Shown piece after piece: positions 28,665 to 41,380 of a DNA stretch of 64,000 nt (the stretch's first letter is position 1; each line of letters opens with the position of its first letter). The notes beneath the pieces were generated by a model. That model was given only the letters and a program-made list of their open reading frames with translations, did not search any database and was not told the origin of the DNA. Source of the DNA: Trichosphaerium sp. ATCC 40318 (Eukaryota > Protista > Tubulinea); assembly GCA_038496445.1 (NCBI GenBank), contig JALMLS010000455.1, positions 806,001 through 870,000 of the forward strand, given 5' to 3'. Position numbers and translations under genes: made by a program.

Positions 28665-29492
28665 TCTAGAGTTCTTTCGCTTTAGGACAAAAATGAGGAC
28701 TTATCACTGTTGCTGTTGAATTCGTTGTTGACTTATTTGTTTTTGGAACACTTTAAATACTTTAAGATACCTCAGTGCTGTGGTTTGAAGTCAAAATATG
28801 GGAACTATAATTGTTCCTACTATAGATACTATCCACAAAAACTCTCGATAGCAGAAGTTTAAACTTGATAGGGCGTTTCTCTGAATCCTATAAATTTAAG
28901 ATGCCTTCGGCAATACTAACTAGGAATCCTATAATTCAGTTTGCATGACCGAAACTTCAATAAGCATATTCGACATCTTAGATTAGGGGGTATGTAATAG
29001 TGTACAGGAACGCAATTGAGCGATTAATAGTCGTGCCCAGTCTCGACTGAACAAAGTTTAAAATGGGATCGTAAATACTCCGGGTAAACTCCTGACCTAT
29101 GCCTAACGTAACTGTCTTTTTTTTTCATAGAGACGCTACATCTGTAGACAAAGCTGACCTGGATGCCACTCATGAGTTTTTTTCAAGTTATTGAACAAGA
29201 CTTGGGATAAGGTAGAACTCACAATGACTGTACCATTGACCATTACGCTAGCTTCTACTTCTACTAAATTTACATTGCACCTTATCCTATTACTCAAAGA
29301 CTACTAGGTTACCTTCACTACCATGCCGTCCTGTGTCTAAAGAATAACAAAGTAGAATCGTACATACAGTATTTCACCTTACTGAACGGTGTGGATAACT
29401 TTATCTTTGTAATGTTTTCTGTGTTGATGATACTTTTCTTTCACCAAGCCAAACATCGGAATTGTTACTATATTTTGAGTGGTTTATTATTG

Positions 29493-31658
29493 TTACCGCT
29501 TTGCAGCAATATCCTTACATAATCTACATCGAGCATCTACCTTGGCAAGCTGTACAAGTTTTTTAAATGATTCCGATGGACCTGTCTTCCTCCATGATAA
29601 GTAAGACTGGTACTCTTCTGAAAAGAAAAAAGTAAGCAATAGAAAAGTATAAAAAGCAAGCAATAACTCCTCTTCTAGAAGTCTTAGTTTCTTCAACATC
29701 TAAGAAACTGTTGTTTCGTTGCAGCACGTGATCAAAGTGACATTAATGGAGGAAAATGTAGTGCAAAGTGTTGAGTATGTTTTACGAACCTTCATTGGCT
29801 GCAAGCTCTTTTAGAAACTTTGCTAGTTCTTCTGGAGTTTTAAAGTCATCAACCCTTATAACTGATTTCTCAGCAGGGTAAAAATCATGTATATTTGGAG
29901 CGCCCATAACAACTACAGAACTTAGACTTTAAAAAAACGTCAAAAGAAAATTGTGTTGTTTTGAAAACGTGAAGTGTAAGTAAGTTACACTGAAGTGCAT
30001 GATGAAATCTTTGCTTAGAATGCTTGAATACGCTGCTGTTTTACATTGTTTAAGTTATTGTTTCAGCCGTACTGCAATAGTAGAGCAAGAGTATTAAGAA
30101 AAAAAAAAAGAAAAAAAGATTTGTTTCATACTCACCTGGTACTGTACCAGCCTCAATAGCTTGGTAGAACTTCTCACTTACGTAATCTTTACTATTACTG
30201 TTCTCAAAAGCTAAATTAAACTTATGAGAAGCTAAAGCAGCTAGTTTAGTTCTTATTCGACTGTCTTTTTGAGGCATCTCCTACAACAAAAAAAATGTAT
30301 CAGTAAAAAGTTTGTATTTGTACAAATAAGTAGCTGTCAACACACAAAATACTGACTTGATATGTTAATATTTAATGTGAACCTTTTGAACAAACATTGA
30401 GCAATTATTTGTTGTAGAAGAGTGTATTAAGAAGTAATGAAAACAGGTGCAATAGAATTTTTTAGGAAAAGAATATAAATTGTAAGTGATTGACTTACTG
30501 CATTATGATGACATCTACCGTATGAATCGACTTTAATATGTTCCATTAATTCTCTTACATAATTTTGTCTTTCATTATGTGGACTACAGTTTGATGCAAC
30601 AAACGATACAAGCTGGTAAAAAAAACAATTAACAAAAATTAACAAAAATAAAACCATTGTACTGTTTACGTTTTTAGATGATTTAGGCTTAGGATCCTGT
30701 GTATATAGTGATAGATTACCAGCAATGTATAGTGCTTTAATGACACTTGTTAATAACAACATAGATAAAGGGAGAGGTGTACCTGGATAGTCTGAATCAA
30801 GTTTGTAAGTCTACAAAAAATGTTACATTTATACCATTGTGTTTAAGATATGTGCCATTGCTTTGTCAAATTGACCCATGTACGCCTCATTTTCCATGTT
30901 TGGGTATATAACAGCAGGTTCCAAATTCATGATAACCCATAATTGGCCTTCTGGTTTAACATGAGGAAAAGGACCACGTTCCAACACTCTAAAAAAAATA
31001 GTTAAAATAAGTTGTTGATTAAAAACATGCTGTGCTTCAATTACTCTGGATTTAATGGTCTGCCATTAGTATCTAGTTGTAGTGGAGGATCTGGGCCGGA
31101 GAAAGTAGGTAAATGAAATAACACTGCGCCTAAAACAAGAGTAAAAATCCAAAAAACAAATTCTTTTTTTGTTTCTTCTTACCAGCCTGATCGAACAAGT
31201 CCTTGTCGTCTGTGTAGATACATGGAATATCACATCCCCTTACTTGTCCCTAAGATTCTCTTAATTACGTAAGTAAAATATCAAGGACTTACCAACATGT
31301 GACCACCCAACCAACTCACTGCACCTGGCTCCCACCACAAAACATGAACTGGCTTTCAAAAAAAAAAAATTAGTCCAAATTTATTTTGTCACGTGGCTTT
31401 TTAAGCTAGAACTGAGAATAATCAAAAGCCTTGTAGAACGTTTTGTCTCGTACGCTATACGCGTAGGATACATAAAGAAACGTATATTAATTTTCTGGGT
31501 ACCTCTTGACGCTGTTTGCTAACGGTTGGTTTATTAGAGCTTTGTACATTGTATAGACCAACAAATTGTGTTATAAGTATCAGAAGTACAATACAGACAA
31601 TAGACGTCTTAGCAAGCGGAAGATAAGTGCCGTGGTGGTTTATTGACGCTTTCTTCAT
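29493..31658 (-). CDS. Alpha-1,3-fucosyltransferase (GT10), type II membrane, multi-exon
   Basis: [73 protein letters not shown], CRLC. Confidence 0.92.
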
Positions 31659-32399
31659 CGTGTTTAGTAGACTTTTAGGAGTAAAAAGTACAACGAAATG
31701 TCAGCGTTTCTGTTTTGAGTCATTACTTTTTCTTCATGTTCAAAAAAAGCCGCACACGTTTACAAACATATTTGTACATACGTAAAAGCTGATATAGGTT
31801 ACATGTTACGGTTTTAGACCACTATCCTAAAAAAGGTAAAGCAGTCTGAATAGGCATAAGAGTCGCACAAATAACAAGGTATTCTCGCCAACTAAACACC
31901 GAAATCTACTAGATACACTTCTTAACAACAAAGCGCTACGAAACGTTACAATCGTTCCATTCCATCTCATTTAGTTTTCTACATGGCTTACCACTCGTTG
32001 GAAAGACTTTATGTCTTTGTTGTTGAGTTAGTTAAGGAGCGATGAACACTCGCAAAAAACGTCTTTCTTGCATAACAGTAAACGATCTTATAAATACACT
32101 ATATCACCTTCGCTACGCGCAAATAAGCATCAGGAGGTTTCCTGATCCCAATACATCATGGGCAATGGTACAAGTTTAGAACTGCGAAAAACCGTTGCAA
32201 TTCGCCAAATCATAGATATAAGAAGCTCAGAAGATGCTCTAGCAAGCGTGGTAATTAATATTAATTAAAGCGATTCTTTTTAACCGCCAACGGCGTTTAA
32301 TAACTCATAGATATTGTATAAACTGTTTTAGACCTATTTAATTAATTTTTGGCTTAGTATAAATGGCGTACGCGCGTTTTTGTCGATGAAATAGCAGAA

Positions 32400-33830
32400 A
32401 TGACATCAATACAAGAACACAAAGAAGGAGGCAAAGAATATCCTCGTAAATCGTATCAAGTGCAAGAAAATGATATTTCAGATACATGCACGTTTGCTAG
32501 CATGTGGGTGTACGTTTTTAAATACTTTTTGGCTTATTTAGTTTGGTATCACGTGACATGTTTTAAAAATAAATTTGTAGAAAATTGGAAAAAGATAAAC
32601 CAATCAAGCATTCAGTTGAAGTTTGCTTTGATTTCTGGCAGCCTGAGAAAGTCACGTGTAGTTGTTGTGTTGGGGTTGATAGTATACAACCTATTTTAAC
32701 TACAATCGATGCAAATACGGCAAATAGCGTACAAGGAAGTCACACGAGCGATGAAATCTGCGATAGAGTTTATAATTTTACAAAAGAACATAAAATTGAA
32801 CTTCAACGTCAAGTTCCTTACTCAGTGGTACACTAAACAACCCTATTTATTTTTTTCCCAAATATGCTTAATTAAATTTATAGGATTCCTTTTGGTTCAC
32901 TGAGCACTTTCACGGAGATGTAGTAGTTCAAGTTTTATCGCATTTGATGCTATCAGATCTATTAAATATTCGCTCTGTTTGCACTTTTTTCTTGAACACA
33001 ATTAGATCACAGCCTGTACTATACAAATACTCTTTACAGCGTACTCTGGGATTAACACTCCCTTCAGAACCTCCGGAAGGATTTGACTGGAAACTAGCTA
33101 CTCAAGCAATTGCTCAAGTCATGGTAACTCGTTTAGTTCGTTTCTTGTTTAATTTGGTTAGTTTAAAAAATTTACAAGACACGTTGCTCAGAGAGCTACA
33201 GAGAGTGGTTTAAGGCGAAAACCATGTAATAGAGGTTATAGTTTAAAGTTAAATCCTAATGGCACATTCAAGCATGAGTACCATAGAGGTGGATTTGTAA
33301 ACGGAGGAGAGCTTCAAAAAGGTATAAAGATAACTCAATCAAACTTGTGACAAGTCTTAAGTAGTAGAGATCGTGAATTGTTGCTAATGTATTTAAATAG
33401 GAACATTCGAGGCTTGCTTGGATAGTGGGACTATTTGTTTCAAACAAAAGGAGTATGGAAAGTGGATGACAACAATTCCTTTAGATGATCGTAAGTCAGT
33501 TTTTTTTTGTATTTCAAAAACTTCGCATGTGGTGTCTTCTGAAAAGATTCTGACTAAATTTAGCTATCGATGAAACAACTACATTTAAAAAAGAAGATGA
33601 AGGATTTACTGATTTCCAATTTCATGATGTAAGTAGTCATCCTTCGTTGATTTTTTTTTTGGTTTTTTTTTGGAATGACGAAGTAATAGACCGTTTTGAT
33701 GATACATGCATTTGGAGGACAGTTAGCAGTAAAAATTACTGATGATGTATTATACAAGTATTTACATACGCATTTTGGAGCTACTTGGGTTTCAGGAGAA
33801 AGAAGTGACCTTGAAAAGCGATACAAGTGA
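32400..33830 (+). CDS. Protein with a central F-box motif, multi-exon
   Basis: FHGDVVVQVLSHLMLSDLLNIRSVCTFFLNTI; in-frame splicing to ...SDLEKRYK*. Confidence 0.65.
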
Positions 33831-34256
33831 AAAAAACAAATCAACTCATATTCGATCGATCATTAATAACAAACACTGAGCGCTCCATTTCTTCAATAAC
33901 CCAGAGTCAAAGTCACCTTGTAAAAATAAAAATACTTCAGTAACCGCACATAACCAATTATAAAAGTGGAAGTGGGAATGGATCAACAAGTATTTCGAAA
34001 CTTGGCAAAAAAAGAATTGTTGCGAGTCATTTACAGCGCTACTTGAGTGTTGATACGTGGCGTTCTACGAAGAGACAACAGCTAAAGGATAAAGGTAGTT
34101 GGGATTTACTTTAATAAGCGTGTTTCTATAAGTATTAAGGGTGTTACAAATTTATTAATTTAACTACATAAACATTTCAAGTAAAATTACAATGACAGGT
34201 GAGTTGGAGGTTTTTGACACTATACACATGTGACTCCTATGCACAAGACTACACCA

Positions 34257-35266
34257 CTACTCATGATGATGATGATGATGGCATGACGTGCTGTTGTTGT
34301 GCCCATAACCGCTCCACACTTGACGATTTTCCATACGATTCTTTCTATCAACTTCATACTCTTCATCCTCTACTTCAATCTAAACGAACGTCAGGCCAAA
34401 AAAAAAAAATAAAAAAAAGATCACGTGTGGACTTCCTCACCACCCAATATATTTCAAACGAGTATAGTGCATTCCTCAAATGCCGTGCGCAAATGTGGGT
34501 GACACAAGTTTTGAAATTAAAATCGTAGCGAAAGCAAAAACTAAACGTTTTTCACTGCTATTAATAAACATACCTCATATCTACAAATTGGGCACGTGTT
34601 ATGCATTTTGAGCCAAGGCAATAAACACTCTTCATGGTATAAATGCTTACAAGGCATCTCTGTAGCCTTATCATCTACAGAATGAGCGTCAAAAAAAAAG
34701 AACAACAGAGTATCAAAAGGGTAAAAAGCTTTAACTTTCGCAAATAAAAAAGAAATGCCCCAAAAAAAAAATTAATAAACGCCAAAAACAAAGTTGTTTA
34801 CCTATTTCAAAGGGACATTTGCATACAGAGCACTCTATATTTTCGCTAACAATGTCCTTGTGAATAACAATATCCTGAAGGCTTTCAATAGCTGTTTTTG
34901 AAGCAGGTGGAGCGCCTATACTCCGGTGCTGATGGAATAACCTATCAATAAGAGCCTCAAAGTCCTCTGTATCATTATCGACTGGAAAAACTCCAAGTAG
35001 TAGTGGTCGTAGCCTTGGTGGCGCGCTGTAGTTATGTTAGAGTGGTTGGTTAAACGTTTTGTAAATGTTGCGCTACAAATAAAAAGCAAAAAAAAAAACC
35101 TTCGAAAAAAGCGACCACCGTACCCATCAACTCCTGGCATCGGAACCAGTATAAAGCTAACTAATACCCTGTTCGATCCAGTAGGTTCGTTAGGGGGTTC
35201 TATTTGTTCTATTTGTTCTGTTAGTTCCATTTGATCCATTTGATCCATTTCTTCCAAATCAGACAT
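34257..35266 (-). CDS. RING-H2 E3 ubiquitin ligase (RNF115/126/181-like)
   Basis: GAPPASKTAIESL...CSVCKCPF..D.ATEMPCKHLYHEECLLPWLKMHNTCPICRYE; ends CHHHHHHE*. Confidence 0.9.
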
Positions 35267-36137
35267 TTAGTGGTGTACTCGCGCGGTACGTGTCGTTGTG
35301 TGGTTTTTTTTTGTTTGTTGATAAGTTGCCAACGCCAAACGCCAACGTTAACTTAATTAAAAGTACGTACCGCTTCCATAAAACATACCTGGTATGTTTT
35401 AGGACAGGTTAGTGAATTCCACTTTAGGTGTGCCAAAAAAAACTGAACGCGGTCTTTTGTTCCATTACCCGTCTACACCTCTAGTGATTATTTATTCGCC
35501 ATTCCTGTGTACTATGGGGCAAAACACGCGGTTTTTTTTCAGTTTACTATCGCGTCAACTTTGCTAACGTTCAGCGTTGATAGAAACACACCAAGACAAA
35601 GACGCGAACATAAAACGAAGTGGCGCTACATACAATCTGTTTTCGTCCGCATTTGCGCTTTGTATTACTTTGCTCTGATATACACTACAACAGTGCGTAC
35701 AGGTAATTGGTTAGTTCCCTTTTTGGCGTCACGCGGTACTCTTTTGATAGATGGACAATTATTTTAGGTAGGAACAAGAGAAAGGCTTTGGTTACGCAGT
35801 AACAAACGAGTTTTAGACTATATTGAAAAAAATGCTCACCGTAAAACTCGTAAAACTACCACGCAGTTGATAAGCGCGCCAGCACATAGAACCACACAGC
35901 GTAAAATGCCGCCAACAAAAATAACAACCAAAAACAGCAGCAAGCTTGTCGTGCTGCTATAGTAACAAGCGTTGGGGTCATTGCTCAACCATCCTTTCAA
36001 CAAAGTATGCTCATTTGGAAGAACAAGCGGCTAGAACCAAACCAGTGAAATAGTGCTATTGCCAGGCAACGAGTGTCGAATAGCACGAATCGTTGTGACA
36101 TTTCTCGTTTTCAAGTTAGGTCAGATAACAATTAATC

Positions 36138-37766
36138 ATGCGCCAAGTGCAAGCACTCATCGCAGTTATTGCTCTAGCGTGCGTATTGGTTGCGTCAGTG
36201 CAAGGATCTCAGCTTGACACGTTTAAACGCATTTATCTAAACAGAAAGTTTGACAACGGCGATCAGCTTGATCTTGAGCGCTCATATAACAACGTAGTTC
36301 ATCCTTTTGCGCAGTATGTACCATTTTGATTTAAAATGCAAACACTAACTGTTGCAACACTAGATACACCGCCGGAGATATCACTAGTCGTATTACCAAC
36401 CTACCAGAAGATTTTTCGGGCTTTTTCGCTTTGAAAGAGACTCAAGCAACGTACGTAGCAGTTCCAAACAACTAGAAGTTGATACCTGTGGCCATGTCGA
36501 ACATTCATTGTAATTGTCTATTTTAGAGTTGACGGAGAACCTACAAAATACACGCCATACCTGTTGTACTTTTCATTATCATCCGTACGCACTCATTGGT
36601 TTTTTTTTGAGTTGTTGAAGGAGTTTCTTTCTTTTTTTGGAGTATTTACGTTAACTTACCCTTTTTTCCTTGGCGTAGACTGGTGCTGTGAGGCTTACTG
36701 TGTATGATATCCCAAAGCACATAGCAACCGAAACATTTAAACTACACGATTCTACATGGTCTCTTGATTACAAAGAGCTCGAGGTAAACTCATTCGTGTT
36801 TTTTTGGCTCAGAACTAAAAGAACACAATTTTCCCTCAACCTTCCATATCTTTACCGTATCTCATTGTTCTTAGATCTCACCAGAGTTCTCGCCATCTGA
36901 ATATATCTACAACAGTGAAAACACCAACTTTCACATGTTTTCTAAGACAATTGGATCAACAGGCACATTTATTCTTAATGAGACGCTTTCAATGAACGCT
37001 ATTACTATCTTCGTACGTGATATAATAACTGCTCTTTTTGTTAGTCGTTGACAAAACTTGTAGGCTGATTTTATTGTTAATGGAGAGAGCGTACAAACGT
37101 ACCAAACACCTATTATTTACCGCCCAGTTGCTGTATGTTCAAACAAACATTTCAAAACCTAGCAAAACATTGATCCCTTTGTAGACAGAAAGAACTGAGA
37201 TTAGAGATTTCAAACATTTGATGTCTGTTCTTGAGAGTGGGGCCAAGGTCAGCGGTGTATACTATTACTACAATGTACGCAAAGTGTTTTCTTTTTTTTT
37301 TCTATTTTTTTTTAATCTTTTGCCGTGTTTTCTCGTTTCTTATTTTTCTTATAGTGTCTTTTCGATGGAGGTCCAGGTAAAGGGCCTGCTGCTATTGGAG
37401 CTCAAACTATCGCCACTTGGGAATACTTCTTACCTGGCTTTATAAGTACGCCTTTAGCCTTTAGTTTTCAATCACTGACTTTTTTCTAAAAAGGCAAGCG
37501 TGGATATGTTGCTTTTAGCGAATCTAAACTCATTGACTACACTGGAGGATACGGATGGATTTACGATTATGTTAACGTCAGAGTATATGATAATAACACT
37601 GTACGTTTAAACAAAAGCAAACAGTTCGACTTTTTTTGCTTGCTGATCACAAAACTAGGTGAACATTGGAGTAAAATACGCAACACCAGGTGCATTCAAA
37701 ACCATTGTTAATGAGACGTTTGAATGCTCTTTCGGAGAGAGCAATGGTGTGGTCTTTACATACTAA
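36138..37766 (+). CDS. Secreted two-domain protein: CpcT/CpeT-like domain + VirK-like domain, about 10 exons
   Basis: Signal peptide; in-frame splicing gives LNRKFDNGDQ...HPFA...ITNLPEDFSGFFALKE...PYLLYF...PIIYRP, then FKHLMSVLESGAKV..YYNC...AIGA..I.TWEYF...VAFSESKLI...YDYVNVRVYDNNTV...FECSFG...GVVFTY*. Confidence 0.75.
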
Positions 37767-38062
37767 TTTAGTAATAAAAATGCAACTTTATTTGTTTTTC
37801 AGAAACTTCCCTTTTTTTGTGAGTATACCGTTCTTTCTAGTCTACAGCTAGGTGTATCAACCGAATCGACCCAGGTAACCCAGGTTGTCGTGTAACAAAA
37901 CTGTCAACAAAAACCAACTCTGAAAATAGGAGCGTTTTTAGTCGAAAAAACTAGCGGTATTTGCCATGCAAAAATGTAGATAGATAAAAACAAAACACTA
38001 CGCAGTCTACAACTGTTGCAAATCTCGCATAAACTGTGTTTGTATCTATTTAAATACTAGTT

Positions 38063-38938
38063 ATGTTCAAGAACGTTTGTTTAAGCTCCGAAGGATTCAT
38101 TGCTGTTGATTATAACGGCACTTCGCATTGGAGAGCTTCTGAATGCGTCTCAAAGCTTCTAAACAAGAATTTCACGTTAACGCACTGTGCTCTTGGTGAA
38201 AACGACCAATACGTTCTTAATTCGCCAAGCCTGAGCAGTTGGAACGTTACAAGTAACGATTTAGACGCTTTACTTGATGAAGGAGACTACAACAAGGTTT
38301 TCTTTGGAACGGGCTCCTCTTACTTTGTCACCTTCTATTCTGGCACTCACGCGTACAGCGGGATCCCTGTGAACCTACACAAGAGATTAAATGGTAGACA
38401 GAGGTCTCGTGGAGGAGTAGAAACAATCGCTTTTTCAGACGATTCGTATTTCGTTCAATTCACAGATGGCTCAAGCTGGTTCAGTCCAAACATACCAGAG
38501 GGTATTCAAGCATTCGCAAGGAACCATTACGTAGCAGAGATATCTATGGCAAACAACTTTGGAGAGTGGTATGTCTGTTCGTCTACTGGAGAGGAAGATT
38601 ATTGTTCAGCGAATTTAAGAAAGATCGAAGATAAACTCGACTCTGAATACGATAACTCTCCTAACGTTGGATCTTATAACGAGGCCTATGCTAGACACTC
38701 AACACAACAGTATCCTCATAGCATGGAGAGTCTTTATAATGTCGCTCAAGACTTACAATACGGTCATTTACGACCTCAAGATATTCCTTCTAATAGTATT
38801 GTTTTTGCTAATAATAAGTGGTATGGGCTTGATGAAAGGAAGTTATCTGCTTTAAGAAGATCAGGGATAAACTTTAATATAGGAACATATGGTGGTAGTA
38901 ATACTTCTAATTGCATGATAAACATAAATATAATGTAG
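38063..38938 (+). CDS. Intronless protein: beta-rich repeats + degenerate ParB/Srx-like C-terminal domain
   Basis: Repeats HCALGENDQYV / VFFGTGSSYFVTF..G..YSGIP..L / IAFSDDSYFVQFTDGSSWF..NIP; C-terminal SLYNVAQDLQYG.L.PQDIP..IVF...WYGLDERKLSALR. Confidence 0.7.
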   Translation: MFKNVCLSSEGFIAVDYNGTSHWRASECVSKLLNKNFTLTHCALGENDQYVLNSPSLSSWNVTSNDLDALLDEGDYNKVFFGTGSSYFVTFYSGTHAYSGIPVNLHKRLNGRQRSRGGVETIAFSDDSYFVQFTDGSSWFSPNIPEGIQAFARNHYVAEISMANNFGEWYVCSSTGEEDYCSANLRKIEDKLDSEYDNSPNVGSYNEAYARHSTQQYPHSMESLYNVAQDLQYGHLRPQDIPSNSIVFANNKWYGLDERKLSALRRSGINFNIGTYGGSNTSNCMININIM

Positions 38939-39548
38939 TAGTTGTTATGCTTTGTACAGAAATAAAATTTTGTCTAGAATTTTAAAGTGGTTAGTATGTT
39001 GACTTTTCATTTATGCTCTATTGGTACCGTGCCGTAAATCAATGAATCTAACACTTCTTTGTTGATATTGTAGAAACTGCTGAACTTTGTGTGTTGCTGA
39101 GGGAGTATTGTAAAGATCAGACTACCCTACATCACAATTTTCAAGTTTCCCCTTTTGGTTGGAGTCACAACTAAGAATTCTCGATGACAAACATTAACTT
39201 TTCTGTGTACATTGTAGGCATTGCATAATTCCCTCTAGCCGTTGTTATGTAAGGAAGTGGTATTGACTGCTTTTAGCACAGCTGTAAAGCTGCAAATCCT
39301 TACAGTTACACCTCTAGGTTGACTTTATACGTTAGGTTGCCCATCTCCGTTAGTCTCAAGCGTCCACAAAACCGGTTTGGTCAGGGCACACAAGGTCTGC
39401 CGTTACTTTAAGTTTTAGGCTAACTATATTTAAGATGCTATTGTTGTTATGAAGAGCGTAACTAATGTTTGACACAACTAATTTTGTTGTCGAAAAATAT
39501 GTATCTGCTTTCCCGATTTAACACTTAAATTGTAAATCTGGTAGCTGA

Positions 39549-39822
39549 TTTGCATCTGATGATGTACTTTAAACTACACTGGGGCAAGTGCGTAGATGTA
39601 AGAAAAGGATCAGTAATGCCACTTCTAAGCGACTAAAGTCACACTTGCAAATTAGTTAATTTTTGATGAGAAGCTTGTTATGACTGATGACCAACAGCTT
39701 TTGTGTGATGAGCTTTTGTTTCATCCTCTGACTAATTCCTACACACTCTCTATGACAGCTGCAAAGCTCAAGAAATTTGTAGAAGCAATAGGGCATGATG
39801 TAGAAGTACTAGATTACAGCTT
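39549..39822 (+). pseudogene. YbaK/ProX (PrdX) aminoacyl-tRNA deacylase relic
   Basis: FASDDVL*TTLG..VRKGSVMPLLSD*...FDEKL...LLFHPLTNSYTLSMTAAKLKKFVEAIGH, with in-frame stops and a frameshift. Confidence 0.65.
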
Positions 39823-39910
39823 CAATAAAATACTGACTAATTGTCTTTTTTCTCATAAATTAAAAGGACAGTACATCTGTGAGAAATATTAATAGAACAA
39901 AGCAATGTTT

Positions 39911-41380
39911 TTAGCTGAAAAAGCGCTGGAGATTAGGTAATGAATCAATACATTGTTTTGTGATTTTTTTGCTATTTGTATAAAGGGACACAAGAGCGTT
40001 TAAATCTTTAATCCCATTATCTGTAATACTATCACAATTCAATAAAGTGAGCGTCTCCAGACCCTTAAGTGACATTAACCCAACATCAGTAATATTAGTA
40101 TCCGAGGCATTAAGTTTTGTAACTGAAGTGAGATGTTTAAGACCTTGATCTGTAATCTTGACACAATTACTCAAACAAACATCAATAGCTTCTGAAAGTT
40201 CTTTAAGACCTTCATCAGTTACTTGTGTTCCTGATATATTGATTGTACGTACACTACCAGAAATAGCTTTTATACCTTTATCACTGATATTCCTACAGTT
40301 TTTGAGGTTTATTTTCTCAACACCTTTAAGAGCTACAAGACCTTCATCACTCACTTTCGTATCTTGTAATTTGATATCAAAAACACCAGATAACTCTTTA
40401 ATACCTTCATTTGTAACATTTGTGCTAGAAAGGTCAATAGTATGAACACCAACTAATGCTTTCACACCTTCATCTGTCACTGATGTGTAAGCTAGGTTAA
40501 TATACTTTGCACCTGCCAAGTATTTTACACCATTTGAGGTAATATGTTTGCAACCAGACAAATCAACCTTTTGTATACCCGCAAGATGTTTGTGTCTGTA
40601 ATAGAAGTACCTGAAAGACCTATTTGATGCAAAACATTCCCATTTCCTGTCACCAATGCCTCTATCCCAATATCTGTCACTTTTGTACTCTTCAGTTTAA
40701 GCTCATGAACATGTTTGAGCTGACTTATACCTTCATCGGTTATATTCAAACAATGCCTCACATTTATAGAATAAGCTCCATTCAGCGCCTTTAAGCCAAC
40801 ATCTGTGATACTTGAGTGACTCACATCTACTGTATGTACACCTGCAAGGTAGGCATATCCTTGATCAGAGATAAGATCACATTCATGGATATCTACTGTG
40901 TGAACACCAGCGATTGCTTTAATTCCATTGTCCGATATTCCAGGACACTCCCAAATACTTATGGTGTGTACTCCTGCTAGTGCTTCTAATGCCTTATTTG
41001 TTATTTTAGTGTTTTCTTTAATGGCTATATTCTTAACACCCTTTAAAGCTTGAAAGCTTTGATCAGTAAGTGTACGACCAAACTCAGTTGAGAAGGCAAC
41101 CATCATGTTGTAAAGATTTTTCACTGGGCTTCCGCAAATCAGTTCAAACGCTGTCTGTGATTTAATAGTAATATATTCGTATCCTACGTGATAATGTATA
41201 ACGTTTGCGAGCGTCCAGCACGTTTGCGCAGCATCGAATCTCGAATCGTCCAGAAACGTTAATATCACGACTAAAATCTCTGCGGGTAAGTCAATTAACA
41301 CAATTTCGTGTCGTTCTCTAAAACAAACGTTAAAATACTGCGAGTACCATAAAAAATACTAGGACATACGTATCTTGCAT
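39911..41380 (-). pseudogene. F-box + leucine-rich-repeat protein, frameshifted copy
   Basis: MQDT|ERHEIVLIDLPAEILVVILTFL; about 16 LRRs of ITDxGLKALxGVHTIDLS. A small deletion near 40590 (ITD../KHLAG) splits the ORF into 40525-41301 and 39911-40561. Confidence 0.8.
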
